Part shown: one piece after another, positions 1-13,500 of the stretch
Layout of the letters: each line of letters opens with the position of its first letter
Position numbering within the stretch: position 1 is the first letter of the stretch
Assembly (NCBI GenBank): GCA_036172245.1
Contig: JAYWIR010000011.1
Span: forward strand, 4,092,001 to 4,156,000
Direction of reading: 5' to 3'
DNA: 64,000 nt
DNA from: Raillietiella orientalis
Taxonomy: Eukaryota
The notes under the pieces: model-generated
The model's input: only the letters and a program-made list of their open reading frames with translations
Database searches by the model: none
Told to the model about the DNA's origin: nothing
Position numbers and translations under genes: made by a program

Positions 1-380
1 GCTGCCAGCACATCTCCGCAGGATGATGCGTCTGGTGCACACAACGGAAAAGTCCACAGTTTGGCACAGAGCACCGTCATTCGGAACTGAACCTGTAGCC
101 CGATCTCTCCAACGTCCGAATGCCTAAGGCAGCATCTCGATGCAGACTGCCAATTCTTTCAGGCGGATCCTTAGCCTCGCAGGTCCGCCCTATACGCGAG
201 AGCAACACAGAGGGGGACTTTGCGCAGCGTTTGCTGCCAGAGGGCGCTCCCGCATTAAGGGAGGAGGACAGATTGAACCTGAAGCAGCCTTTCTCGATGG
301 CAAGGATACCTCTGCCATCGGAAAGCTGAAAAAGCGCAAGGCACCAGGGGAAGAAGGTCTGCCCGCGGAGTGCTGCACTT
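1..380 (+). mobile_element. Degenerate non-LTR retrotransposon (LINE) ORF2 fragment, pre-RT/motif-0 region
   Basis: Two overlapping frames give ...APALREEDRLNLKQPFS / DTSAIGKLKKRKAPGEEGLPAEC, which resembles the LINE 'L..PFT..E...AI..LK..KAPGPDGIPAE' motif. It is frameshifted and ends where AT-rich DNA begins (about 400). Confidence 0.6.
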
Positions 381-2666
381 TGCTAATTGCTCCTAGTTTT
401 GTTCTTCATCCTCACCAAATGCTTTGTTTAGCCTTCTGAAGTGCCATCATGCACGTGTTAATTTTACTGCTTTGTGTGACTGTCTAATAGACAGTCACTT
501 CATGATAAAAAAGTCACAAAATCTAAATGTATTAATTTCATGTTGTCGGAGTGCTCTAAACTGGCTAGAATCGCCTAACCTTTAAAAAAGATAGGCAAAG
601 CTCTGTGCTGAAATCGGAATTTTTTTTAAATGCCTACCCTCCATTCCTCAAAAGCTGAAAGTGCTGTTTACGTGCTGTTGAATACTGACAGTCTTCCTCT
701 CTGGAGAAAATTGATCCACCCTTCTTCGAAGCACGAGAATGAGCAAGAAAGCACATCGTAATTTGGTATTCGACGATTGCGGATATTGCTTTCCATAACA
801 GTTTTTCTTCGAATATTTTATTTAAGGATATTATATGTAAGATATCAGTATTGCATGTATGCATGATGCCATAGTGGGTCTTTCTAATGGTAAGTTATTA
901 TGATTTATACATTGCAAAATAGGTACTTTTTATAGTAAGTGTAAGAAACATTCTGTGAGGAGCCAAGTACACAATCCGAATATTTGTATTCAAAGTGGTG
1001 TTGAATATTTATCTTTGTTTCCTTCATTAGAGAGGGGGACCAGTCAATCAAATAAAGTCCATTTAGAAACTGTTGGATTTATGCGGTCCTTTGAAGATTT
1101 TAGAATTTAGATTCATGAGTTCTGAAATGAAGGATGGGGTCTCTGGTATTAGTTCGAGTATATGTATTCACATAAAATGTGCTTCATTAAAATGAAATTT
1201 GGTAGTGCATTGCAACTAGCGGAAACAATTGCTTGTATTCTAGGTGATTCAATCTCGATGAAAGGAACAGGGGTAGGAGAACGTTAGCTTTTTAGACATC
1301 AGTGATATTTAGTTGCACTTTGCACCTGAAAGCATTTCTTGATTGTAATAAATTGTTGAATCTAACGAGGGTCAGGAGCGAAAACCTAATTTAATCAATG
1401 ATGACTCAAGAAATGAAAAATTAGCAAAATGTTGATAAATTTCCAGAAGCCTCGATCGTAAATTCAGTGTCTGAATATCCAGTAATGCGATTCTGAGCTA
1501 TTCCGAACAAGATAATTTGATAATGCATTATGAAATTTGAAAATAGCTTCGTACAAGACCATAATATAATGAGCCAACATTAACCATAAATATCCTTTGT
1601 TCCTTTTGCATTGTTTGCATGGATTTGACGGTTCTAGTTATTTATCCCTAATAGAGATTAGGTTTAGGAAAATGAAGGGTGTTAGGAATATACAAATGCT
1701 CATAAACATTTACCTATTGCAACGGAACAAGATGTTTTATTTACTAAATTTTTTGCATCTCTGCCTATGAGGAATGAATCTGTTATGTTGACTGAAGACT
1801 CCAAGTAATTTAGTTTTATTTTATCATGCCATTGTAGAGCTCTACAGTATAATTTTGACTGCCCTGCTGTGGCATATTTGCTACCACAGCATGAGAATCC
1901 AATTTATTTGATAGCTCTAACGCGAGGAGTTTTATTTTATTTCGTGTCTTGGTAAACATGAGAAATGTTGCTTGCGGTATTGTCTGTTGTGATGTGTTTG
2001 AATGTGTACATTTACTTAAAAATGGAAACTGAAAGGAAAACTCCTTTTTTTTTGTTTTCAGTTGTAGAACTTTGCCCAGAAGAGCGAGAAATATGCCTTA
2101 TGCAACACGGGTTACAATGAAATATTCAAGTCATGGTTTGATTTCTTTTACAATAATTTTGGAAAAATGTTTATAATTGCCCTTTTTGATGCCATGTTAT
2201 GCATATCAGTCATTTGCAAACATTTTGATGATCCTGCTGTTGAAAGCAGTTGTATATTAATGAACAGTACGATTGTGTTTTAAGTTCATGCTTCATCAGA
2301 TTATTAATTGGTGTATTAATTTTGATTTTTTTACAAAGAAACAGATTCATTGATTGAGGTAACTTAAGGTATCATTTTTCTTGCAAATAGTGCCAGACAA
2401 AAAAGTTTCTCTACATCCGTGATTTTTTCTTCTTCTAAATGGTTATGCTGGAAAGCATAACCATTTGCATGATTCTTTGTGAAGCCACGTGCTGTAGATA
2501 TGCTAATGCTAGATATTAAAGGTTTTAAATGTAGTTTCTGTCAGTGTAGTTAGTAATGTTCATCTTTAAAGTTGTTTCCCATGTTGTTTTTTATTTCACC
2601 CATCCTGCTAATTGCTGTTTTGTATTTAATAGAATAAAGAAAATCTTCATGCATTTGTGCAATACT

Positions 2667-5363
2667 ATGAGCATTCTCTGTGAAGGTTGGCTTATCAAAT
2701 CACCACCCTTGAAAGGCAGGTGGCGACCCGTAAGTTCAGTATTCATTGATAATTCTTCAATAAATAGAGATTTAATTTCTGACCAGTCAAATCGTTTATT
2801 TGACAATATCATATGAAGATTTTCGCTTTCTAGTTTTTGTTTTGTTTTGTTTTCCTTTCTAGCATGTAGGTATGGCACAAATGTTTGTCACACAAAAGGA
2901 ATGTATGTTATTGCAATCAAATGTAGCGATGGTAAATTCTTTCAATTTTTTCGGCAGTAATTAACTACAACACACATTGTAATAAATACTACAAAACCAT
3001 ACCTAAGAGTTTGCAATCAGCGAATAGAGTAATGTGGTTTTGGGATGATACATATTTTAAATGCATTGTGTGAGGAAAAAATGCTTCGAAAAACATTTTA
3101 AATTCCAAAATAAACCAGTTAGGAGAACCCTTAATGATTGTGACCATGGTCTGTTGGCATTATCCAAAGTGATGAATGAATGTACAGTCTTAACTCAGAA
3201 ACAGTAGAAACATTGACAGTTCAGTGCGCAAATGAATTTCAGGGTGAAACCATTAGAAAGTAAAGATATTTGGGGTATGTGTTGATCTACAGAACTAAAG
3301 AACTATTTTTTGTTTGACAGTAATTTCAGCTGCTTCTTTATGGCAATTATTCACGAAGTGAAGAAGTTTCTTTTTTTTGTTTGTTTGTTTGTTTGTGCAT
3401 TACATGCATCGTGTGTGCACAGTCTTTCAAGCTTTATCAACTTAGATCTGGTTGAATTGAATTTTCTTCAAAAAGCTGTTTAACTTTGTAATTGGAAAGT
3501 GCAAAAACATTCCCATGCACAAATGACAAATACTTGCTTTGTTCCTTTGAGTTTTGAATTAACATAAAAAAATTATAATATGATATCCGTGTCATTGTAT
3601 TTTTTCATGATTTACTGCATTTTAAATATGGAGACAACTAAATTACTTGCTTGTTACAACTAAATACCAATGATTCCATTTGAAAATCTCTAAAATCCAA
3701 GTTTAAAAAATGCAAGTTTAAGTGCCAGTTTTTCCTATGGTTTAGATGAAGTTTTTCTCATGGTTTCAGATTTTGTTTGTGTTAAATTTCATAAGAAGTT
3801 ATCTTTCATTTATAATATCTTAACAGTATAAAATGAAGTGAAATGAAGAGTGATAAGCTGTCATCTCTACTTCATTGAGAGTTGTTTGTAATAAAAAACA
3901 ATCATAATAGATGATCATGAAAGGAAATATCATTAACATAGTTTTTCTTTAATGCTTTTCTTAGAAGTGGAGACGGCGCTGGTTTATTTTACGTCAGTCA
4001 TCAGATTCACATTGTCTTGAATATTACACTGATGAAACGTGTAAAAAACAGAAAGGTGTTATCAGATTGGAGCATTGTGACCAGGTGCTTTTTTTTTTCT
4101 TCTTCTCCCAAAAACTAAATCTAGGAATGTCATTGTGTATTGTTGTAAACCTTAACTTTCAAAAATAGGTGGATGCTGGACTGACTTTTGGTGAAAGTAA
4201 TAGAAAATCAAAATACAGATTTGTTTTTGATTTACGTACTCCACAACGTATTTACTTTTTGGCAGCAGACACTGCTGAGGAAATGAGCAGATGGGTTACT
4301 CTTGTTTGCCAAGTATGTGGCCTCATGAAGGAAGAAAATGGTAAATAGGTAACTTAGTTCTTATTTGATTCCTTGTTAGGTTTCAGTGAAAATGTAGTAA
4401 GCATCACCCCTTTTCCTGAACATGCCAGAAGAACGGGTTCTGAGTTATCAACTAATTTAAGTTCAAACCCATATATTTTGCTCAGTGAATGTTACAGTGG
4501 CCCGAGTCCAATTCTTTTAAATGATATAGATGATAATCAGTCTGAACCTGCTGAATTGCCGCCATCTACTCCCAGCAGTGCAGATATTGATGATGAATGG
4601 TCTGCTAGTCAAATACTTCTTAGTGCAAACATTCAGCCATTCTCCCCAATAGAATCTTCACCAGTTTCTACTTACCCACCTCGTCCACCCAAATCCTTGT
4701 TCAGGCATAAGTTTCAGACTATTTGTTCCACAGGTGGTCTGTCCAAAATTGGTCACGAAAGTTTAGAACCTTTACTAACACACTCTCCTCTTCCAAATTT
4801 TACGCAGATTAGTGATGATTTTTATGATTTTCCAAGATCTCATGTAATTGAAAAGCATTATTCCAATGCAGCAGCAATAAGTGGTGACTACTGTAATGTA
4901 TCATTGACTGGACCCAAAAAAATAGTGGATGATCAAGCCATAACACTACCTCCTGTAGTTAACCGCAACCTGAAGCCAACGAGAAAAGAAACAGGCCCAT
5001 CCATGACACTTCCTAGTCATAAGAAACGCTTAGCACCTAGACCTACACCTCATTTTATGAGTTCTATTCATCGTAGACATTCAGCAGGTGATGAACAAGT
5101 GAGTACACCATGTGTTTGGAAGTGTAGAAGTTTAAATCTCATTTCAGATTTATTATTCTTTACAAGGATTGAGTACTGCTTTGGAAAAAATTCAGTATTT
5201 AGACCTTGATTTGGACATGAGAGCTTATGCAACAGAATCAAATGGTAGTCTTTGTGAACGTGATTCACGTACTGTGTACAAGAAGGTAGACTTTATTAAG
5301 ACAGTAGCCTTTAATATGACCAGACAGATTGTAGAAGAATCTTATCGCAGCATAGAAAAATGA
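2667..5363 (+). CDS. dos: GRB2-associated binder / Daughter of sevenless (Gab/Dos) PH-domain adaptor, about 429 aa, 5 exons
   Basis: Exons 2667-2729, 3965-4084, 4169-4340, 4380-5098 and 5148-5363; all introns are GT-AG and phase-consistent. N-terminal PH domain MSILCEGWLIKSPP..KWRRRWFIL..LEYY..HCDQVDAGL..RIYFLAADTAEEMSRWV. Pro-rich Grb2-type motifs PPRPPK and PPVVNRNLKP. C-terminal SHP2-type tyrosine motifs IQYLDLDL and VYKKVDFIKT. Confidence 0.93.
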
Positions 5364-7524
5364 TGTTTGTTGTCATAGTTTTTGACTATGTTATTTTATG
5401 TATACTTATTTCATAAATTGTGATAGAGAAAACTGATCACAACTGTGATGCAAAAATATTAAATGGAATGTATTATTATACAGCTGTTGGTAGACTTTTA
5501 TTTGAGAAACAGTCATGAAGAAATCCTCCACCATGTAGCATCAGAATCTTTATTCTCTACGTTTCTTTATTCTTCAAAAGCTTGTCCAGCATAATAGCTA
5601 CCATGGGATAAAAACATCATGCCTCAAAAGCAGATGTATATGTATATATTTTTACTTCGATTTGGTGAATCCATAATGCGAAATTTGAAGCACACATGAT
5701 GGATGCAATGCATTACTTTGCTGATCGTACGGGTTCAGTAGAAGGGCTACTGTTCGTAAAGCGTTGTTTTCACTTATGTTCTTATGGTCCAAGGAGCACA
5801 ATGAAATCGGAGTTTATCTAATCGCATGTACATGCCTAGTGGACCGTGCCTGCAGCTATTCTTAACTTTTATAGGAATCAGACATTCCTGATTCCTTATT
5901 TGCGCTCCAAAACTGTGTGAATGATTGATCAGGGATTCCTTACTTGGTACTCTTCATTTTTTTTTTTTTTTTTATTGGCTTCTTGGGCCTGTGATTTCTT
6001 CCTTAATTGCAAATAGTTTTCGGTCTCTAATCCACGGTGAATCCTGCCGTATGTCTCCCCAACCTTCCTAATACTAGTCCTCTTTTGAAAGCGCTTCCAC
6101 TTTCCTATTTGAAAGGTAGTTTTCCGAAGATAATAACAAGTTGCCGGTCATTATTCAGTTAAAATCTAATTAGTTAGTCAAAGTTGCCTCGACCTTTTCG
6201 GCTGGAGGTTGGCCATTACAAGTACCACTGGCGTATTCATCGGATATTACTGATAGGCAAGAAGGGACAGTTGCCAAAGCGATTCGCCGGCTTCCTGTGC
6301 AAGTTTTCGAAGCTCGGCCCATGTCTAAGACTCGGGCAGGCCTTTACCGTCATGCAGGTTCCGCGTGCTTTCCCGAGAACCTGGCCGGACCGAATTCGTT
6401 CCCGTTAGGTCGCCCGTGGTCGAAGGAGGAGTAGGAGTCGGAACGATCAACAGGGTGCCGCAAAGTCGCGAGGGTGGGAGCGTGCAAGCCGAACGTCACG
6501 TCACGAGCACGCGTCGCGTGGGATCTGAACGAAGTGGTCGGATGACACGCCGTGATCCTTGCGACCGTAGTCACAGAGTTCCGAGACCTCAGGGTGCCGT
6601 CATCATCGGCTTGACCCACAGAGGCTTCTTTCTGAACCGGGAACGGCTTCCACACAGGAACCATGAACGAAAATAAATACATGAAGGGAATGCCCCGGAG
6701 TGACAAGGAGTAGAGGGAAGAGTCGGGACTATGAGGATGTGTTTACACCTTACGTTTACTGCGAAGAAAGTTATGCTGATGAAAGGAAAAAAGGGAAAAA
6801 AGGGGGAAGAAAAAAAAAGCAGCGCGACGGTACGCATCCGAAATGAAGATTTCGGGGGGTGAATGCAGTTTCCCGCGAGCGAGGATGCTTTTCGTCTTTT
6901 CCGGTTCAAGGGATGTGAGACCGCTCCTGTCGGATTTCGTTCGTCCGTTGTACGGCAGGATCTACGTCTTTATTCCGTGGACCACTTTCGTTCAGGATGG
7001 CGAGGAGAAAGATCTGCCTCCTGCAAGTTCGGTAAACAAACTCAAAGAGGAAAAGTAATGTCCCTAGTGCGTTTCGATCGAACGGAAAAAAGCAGAGAGA
7101 GAGAGAGAAAATGGTAAATAGGTAACTTAGTTCCAAGTAAAGATAACTCGAGAATTTTTGCTGGGTACGTTCCATTTTCTTTCTTTCCTTTGTTTACCGC
7201 TTCTTCCGTTAGGTTAGCTATCAATTTGTCGCCAGAGTATTCCATTACGTGTTGGATAGTCTTGGCTACTTGAAAAACAAGAAGGAAAAAAAAAAAAGAG
7301 GAAAGGGAAGGGGGGGGGGGGAAGGCGCAAAAAGTTCTAAAATGAAAGATAAAAAATCGTTTTCCACAATTCTTATCCAAAGTCGGCAAAGTCCGCTCGC
7401 CTTCCCAGCGGTCCGCTTCCCCCTCCATTTACCTACGCGCTTCCCATGCGGGCGCTGCCCGCGGCGAGTTTTCTACTTGATCGTCTCACGGCAACAGCCA
7501 AAAAAAAAATTTTCTTCATCAGCC

Positions 7525-10500
7525 ATGGATACCATTCGAAATTCTTCTTTCTCTACCTCGGAGTCCGCCCCCGTCAGCAGCTCGCTGGAACGTTCACCAA
7601 CTAAGCCTCCAAGGTGAAATAGTCGTTGCCCCTCCTCCTCGTTCCCCGCCCGGCTCTTCCCTCCCCCCGTTTTGAGGAGAAGCGGGCACCTCCCGCCACA
7701 CAGTCCCGCACGTTCGCCACGCAAGCCCGAGGGGGTGGTACTCGACGTCCCGCCGAAAGGTTATACCGGCTGGTGATCTCTCAAAGGCGAAGCGAAGCGA
7801 AGAGGAAGGAACCGCCAGTTCGCGATCGAGGACATCTCACGCCACCTCCGACGGGAATCCAGAACACCTCCTGCCCTGCAGGTCCGGGAAGCGCGCAGCC
7901 ACTCGATCCTCCTTCCCCGTCTGTGTTTTCTCTTCATCTTCCAGAACACAAGACGATCCAGGGGGAAGAAAAACTCTGAAGTCTCCATGAGCATCGAGCC
8001 TTCCGGTCACCACCCGGTCCCGCCACCGTTGCCCGCAGAGATTGCCCAGCCATCTCTTCCACCGCCAGAAACCCCGATGCCCCCAGCGATTGCTAAGCCA
8101 TCTCTTCCACCAAAACCACACCCGGTGTCCCCAGCGATTGCTCAGCCATCTCTTCCACCGCCACAAACCCCGACGCCCCCAGCGATTGCTAAGCCATCCC
8201 TGCCACCAAAACCACCCCCGATGTCCCCAGCGATTGCTAAGCCATCCCTGCCACCAAAACCACCCCCGATGTCCCCAGCGATTGCTCAGCCATCTCTTCC
8301 ACCGCCACAAACCCCGACGCCCCCAGCGATTGCTAAGCCATCCCTTCCACCAAAACCACCCCTGATGCCCCCAGCGATTGCTAAGCCATCCCTTCCACCG
8401 CCACCACCCTCGATGCCCCCAGCGATTGCTAAGCCATCCCTTCCACCAAAACCACCCTCGATGCCCCCAGCGATTGCTAAGCCATTCCTTCCACCAAAAC
8501 CACCCCTGATGCCCCCAGCGATTGCTAAGCCATCCCCTCCACCGCCACCACCCTCGATGCCCCCAGCGATTGCTAAGCCATCCCTTCCTCCGCCACCACC
8601 ATCCCCGTTTTTGCTTACCGGCAGCAGGGATAAAGAGAGCACAAGTAAGAATGGAAGCTCCAGGTTTTCACCTCCTCATCCCGGAGATACGCGCGAGTCC
8701 CTGTAGGAGGGGGAGGAGGATGGCTTCTTCCTCCCATTCCTTTGCCCGCATCTCGAAAGACCTGAAAAGGGACCCTTAAGGCAAAAGTTGCCTCCTTCCC
8801 CTCGAAACTCTTAAGCGTCAGTTCCCTGTTCTTCCGGCTGCTCCCGGACTACTTTTCGGACTCGCCGCAGGGAGTAGCAAAATTCTGACGCCCCCTTCGC
8901 GGGAGAACCGGGGTTAAATTTTCTTCCGCGTTTCCCCGGACGCGTGGCCGACCGGCGGCAAGCGGAGGAGCGAATTTGCGGGGCGGAGGCGCCGCTCGCC
9001 CGAGGTCTCGGCTCGGTCTCTGAGCTTTTACCTGCCGCGTGGAGGAGGAGGAGGAAACCTGGCAGAAAGGGAGGAAGAATCCCTTCCTCCTCCTCCCCTT
9101 TTCCTCCCTCCTCCTCCTTTCCGCTGTTCCTGCTCCGTCCCCACTGCGCGGTGTCTCGTGAACTCAGCCTCTCACTGCGGGGCGTTTCGCCAGCGGGCCA
9201 ATGCAAACCCCCTGGGACGACTCCCGCCCATGGACACGCCGTGCCGCTCCACGAGCGCCTCCCTCCCGATCCCTGCTTCCGAGCCCGGTTCGCGGTGCCG
9301 CCAGCACACCCCCAACGCGGGAGGCTCGCGGGCACTCCCGGTCTGCGAGCTGGCTTGTAGGGAGCTGCCACCCGGAGGGAGAATCCGACCTGGCACGCAA
9401 CGTGTACGCGCAGTCTCTTGCCACCGGATCCCTCTCGCTTACCTTGCTCCGCCGCTGTATCCCAGGGTTGGCGTCATCGGCATCCCTCTGGACGCCACTT
9501 ATTGGGCAGCGGTGATCCCCTTTCCCACAGCGGCATCTCAACGGTGTGCGCTCCTCTTCGGGTTGCCGCCGTCACAGGCGGAGCGCTGGCTACGCCTCGG
9601 AACTCTCGGGACGGCATTCCATTCGAGTGCGGGGCTGCGTCTCCCCAGAAAGCTCGATGGCGGTCTCAGTGGCATGTTCTTCTTTGATACATCAGAGACA
9701 CATGTGTGTCTTCCCCCTTCGTTCCTTCCCCACCCCTTCTTTCTCATCTTCGTCCCTTTCTCCTCCTCCTCCTCTCCCACGTGTGCTTTCCCGCTCTGTA
9801 CGCTCTTCCTCGCGTCTCCCGGAGACCGCTCATAGAGGCGCGTGCTTGTCCTCGGGTCGCTCCCACCTCTCGTCCCATGGTGCTCCCGCCGTGCCGATCG
9901 TTCAGGGCCAGAATCAGAGCCGTTGTCGGGGCTGCTGCGCTTCGCGGGCCCCCTGTCCACAGTCGAGGTCGGCGCGGCGGTTTCACGGCAGCCGTATTGA
10001 GGCCGCAATTCGTGCCGTTCCTCCCACTCCCCACCACCAGCCGCGAGGTCTCCATCGGTGACCCGACCTTTTCCTCTGCCTTTCCCTTCCTTCTCCGTCT
10101 CAGCTGCCCAGGGGGATTCCTACCCTCGGCCCGAGGACCGCCGTCCGGTCCAGCCCGATTATGCTATTCACAAGCAAAAGCGGAACTTACAAGAAGCTTC
10201 TTGAAGGTGAGCCACGCCGTTTCAGGCAACCAGAAACCTGCTCATCCGGATCGCGTCCCTATGAAGCCGCTCTTCTGGGACCGCATCCGAGTGCCGAGGG
10301 ACCGGTGAGTCGGGTTGCGGTTCCGAGCGGATGCCCTCCGGCCTCAGGGGAGAGTAGAGCAGAGTAGGGACGCGTTCCAGCGGCTTTCTTCGTTCCTCCC
10401 CTAAGACCGCCGACTATTCCGAGAGCCCAGGGATTCCGGGATGCTGGAGGCCACCAGCGGCTTTCCTCTGACAGCCTCTAGCGGTCCCCTACGGGATCTC

Positions 10501-13500
10501 GAGCTCGGCGCCTCTCATTCGGGAGTTCGCCTGGGATCCTACGCGGAGTTTGCGCTTCTGGTGTGTTGTCGGGAGCGCTGGGCAAGCGGTACTCTTTGCT
10601 GGGACTCTTGGAAAGCTGGGGAGGGCATTCCTCCGCCGGGCGCCGTCGTAGGGGAGCCGGAGGCTTCTCGGAGTGAACGCAGCGGCGCCCCCCTCTTCCT
10701 CTGCTCGCGTGCAGGTCGACTGCTCGGGAGGGGTCCCTTGCGTTTCCGGCCGGGAGGCGCTGGCCGACTGAGCGCGCGCGCGTCGGAAAGTGCGAAGTTC
10801 CAGCCGCCCTGGCGAGCGGCGGCCAAGGAAGCGACGGGGGCGTCTCGAGCGCGCACGTCTGGCCGCAGGCGGCGGGACGGGATCTCCTGTGCCCCCCTTC
10901 CTTCACTCCGGCGGACGCAGAGGTCTTCCTGCGCGGTGAGTGTGCGCGTGCGGGGGAGCAGCCCGGGAAGCCACGAGAGATTTGCGACGAGCGCGGCTCC
11001 GGAGCTGTTCTGCGGCCCTCGGGAGTCTCCACTGGGGTCGGGAGGGGAGAAGGACCGGGAAGAGGCACTGTGGCCGAGGCCCACCCAACCAGAGCTCCCG
11101 CCGTGGCTGTGGGTATGGGTCCCATTTCCTCTCGTGCCCCGCAGAAGCTCGAGCGCGGTGGAGACGGTGTGGGAGACCATAAAGCCAGTGAGGCTGCAGG
11201 ATGACGAGTGGTCCGAGTTCGAGAGGATGTTCTCCCGGTTCGTCACAAAGCCCCAAAAGGTGAATGGTCCGCAGTCTCCAGTACTCCGGATGAAGGCAAA
11301 GGTGGGCGCGCGCGCGCGCAGCTGCAGAGGCGGGGGGCCCTTGGACGGCCGCTGGGTCTCATCCGATCGACCCACCACCTCCCAGGGGTGCTAGTTGTCG
11401 GCGCCCAGCTCCTCCTCCCCCTCCCTCCCCCGAGCATCCGAGTTGCCACTCCTCCCCCTCCCATACCCAGAGGCACGCCCTCCTTTCCAACCTTCCTCAT
11501 CAGCATCACCCGGATCGATCCCGTCTCTGGCCGATTCTCCCTGCAGCCTCGCCTGCATCCCTCGAGTTCTCCTCAGGTCTCTGGAGACGACCGAAAGTGC
11601 CCAAGGAGAGGCCCTACGTCGGCAGAAAGTCCTTCATGGGGTAAAGGCGGCTGGGGAAAGGAAACAACAATGAGTCAGGAGGCGAAAGAAGGGAGCAGGA
11701 GAGGAAAAGAACGAGAGAAAAGAAAGGAAGGAGGAAGAAGGGAAGGTGATGAGCAAGAGAGAGGAGGAAGGAAGGAAAAGGAAGAAGGTGGAAAAATAGG
11801 AGACAAGGCGAGGAAAGGGAGACAAGGAGGAAGAAGGGAAGACGAGGAGGAAGAGGAAGGGAGGAGGTGGGAGATAGGGATCCTTCTGCTGCCTTGGGGT
11901 GCATTGCCGCGGGAGGTGGTGATGGAGAGGAAAATGCATTGTCTCTTGAGTGAAAGGAGGAGGAAGGAGAGACTCCCTTGGTCCCCTCCTCTTGCAGGTC
12001 ATCAAGGTGCTCGACAGCAAGCGCTCTCAGGCCGTGGGGATCCTCGTCAACAGCCTGCGACTGAAAGCCTCGGACGTGGAGATGGGTGAGGTTCCTCCTC
12101 GGAGGTCGCTTATGTCGTCCCCGGAGGGATAGACTGGTCTTTCAGCCATAAGCGGCATGGACGTTCCCCTCGCCCTGGACCTGGAAGCTCTGAAGAAGAT
12201 CTACGAAATTGTAAGGAGCTCTTGGTCGCCTTCCGCCTACCTCGCACTTCCTTTGCCCAGAGGGGGACCGAGGAGGAGCTGGAGGCCATCCGGGAAGCCA
12301 TCAAGCAGTACGGGGACACAGCCGTTCTGGATAGACCCGAGCAGTGAGTCGTACCGAGGTTCCGCGTCAGTTGGTGGGATGCCGCGGGTGGAGGAGGTTC
12401 TCTCCCGACCCGGAGCCAGGAATGGCGCGGCGGCTCCCGCGAATGTCCGCGGTCGGGGTCGCACACGAGGGAGGGAGTGGGAAGGAAGGAGGAGCCGGAA
12501 CGGCATGTGGGGCTTCCCCTTCCTTCCGCCCACCCGCGCTGCCCCCTCCCTTCGGTCCTGTTCGCGTTAGCCTTCTCCACCGGAGGGAGATGCAACAGAC
12601 CCGGGGAGGGGGAGCGGATGGTATCTGACTCCTTGTCCTGGAAGTAGCAGAGCAAAGGGAGGAATGTGGGTGGATGCCAGGGGTCGTGGGGCTGCGGATG
12701 CCTTTTCCGATCTTCCAAGATGGAACCGGGTGAGATGGGGCCGGGTTGAGCCTGAGGGAGATGCGCCCCACGTTCCCTTGCGCCCACGATGGGCGTCGCG
12801 CTCCGTGCGAGTTGAGGGGGTGCCGAAGAACGCAACCTGCAGGGTTCCAGTGTCCCGTCGCCTTTCCGGGGCTCTCAGTGGCCTTACAGGGGCTCTCACG
12901 GACCGACCCGCCTCTGGGCAGGAAGGGGCGACGGAGCTCGCGATGCAGGGAGCGAGAGACTGCCCCTCCCTCCCACTCCCCCGTGGGCGCGCGCGCGACT
13001 CGCAAGGGGGAGCGGACCAACACGTCCCTCCCCGTCTTTTGCAGGTTCCTCTGCGACCTCAGCTCCATCCCCAACTTCGCCGAGCGGGTATTCTGCCTGA
13101 CCTTCCAGTCGACCTTCCTTGAGTCCGCGCAGCTGCTAGGCGGCAGCATCCGCAATGTGGAGGCGCTGATGGATCTGCTGAGGAGCAGCTCCGAGTTGCA
13201 CTGGTTGCTATCGCTGATCCGGACCCTGGGCAACCGGATGAATGAGGGCAGCGCCAGCAGAGGACAGGCGGACGGGTTTGACCTGCAGATCCTCTCCCGG
13301 CTGCAGGATGTGAAGAGCAATAACAGGTCCTCCACGCTCCTGCACTACGTGGTCCGGAGCTACATCAAGGTGGGAGGGGCCGGCCCTCCAGGGCACCTGG
13401 GATCGCTTCCCTCCTTCCTCTCCCAGGAGAGGCGGGAGGGCGCCAGCGACACCGCGATGCCCGTGCCTGACCCCAGCGACGTCGAGGAGGCAATGCACTT

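Noticed and set aside
634..864. Minus-strand ORF ending at a GTAGG donor-like site
   Set aside because: Could be a first exon of a gene running off the left edge, but there is no recognisable homology or partner exon.
8032..8607. Regularly spaced repeat resembling a CRISPR array
   Set aside because: Contiguous in-frame tandem units with no unique spacers, in a eukaryotic exon, with no cas genes.
7837..8642. Gly-rich, Trp/Arg-rich and His-rich repeat ORFs (7837-8310 -, 8286-8642 -, 8042-8365 +)
   Set aside because: Alternative-frame and antisense shadows of the FH1 minisatellite.
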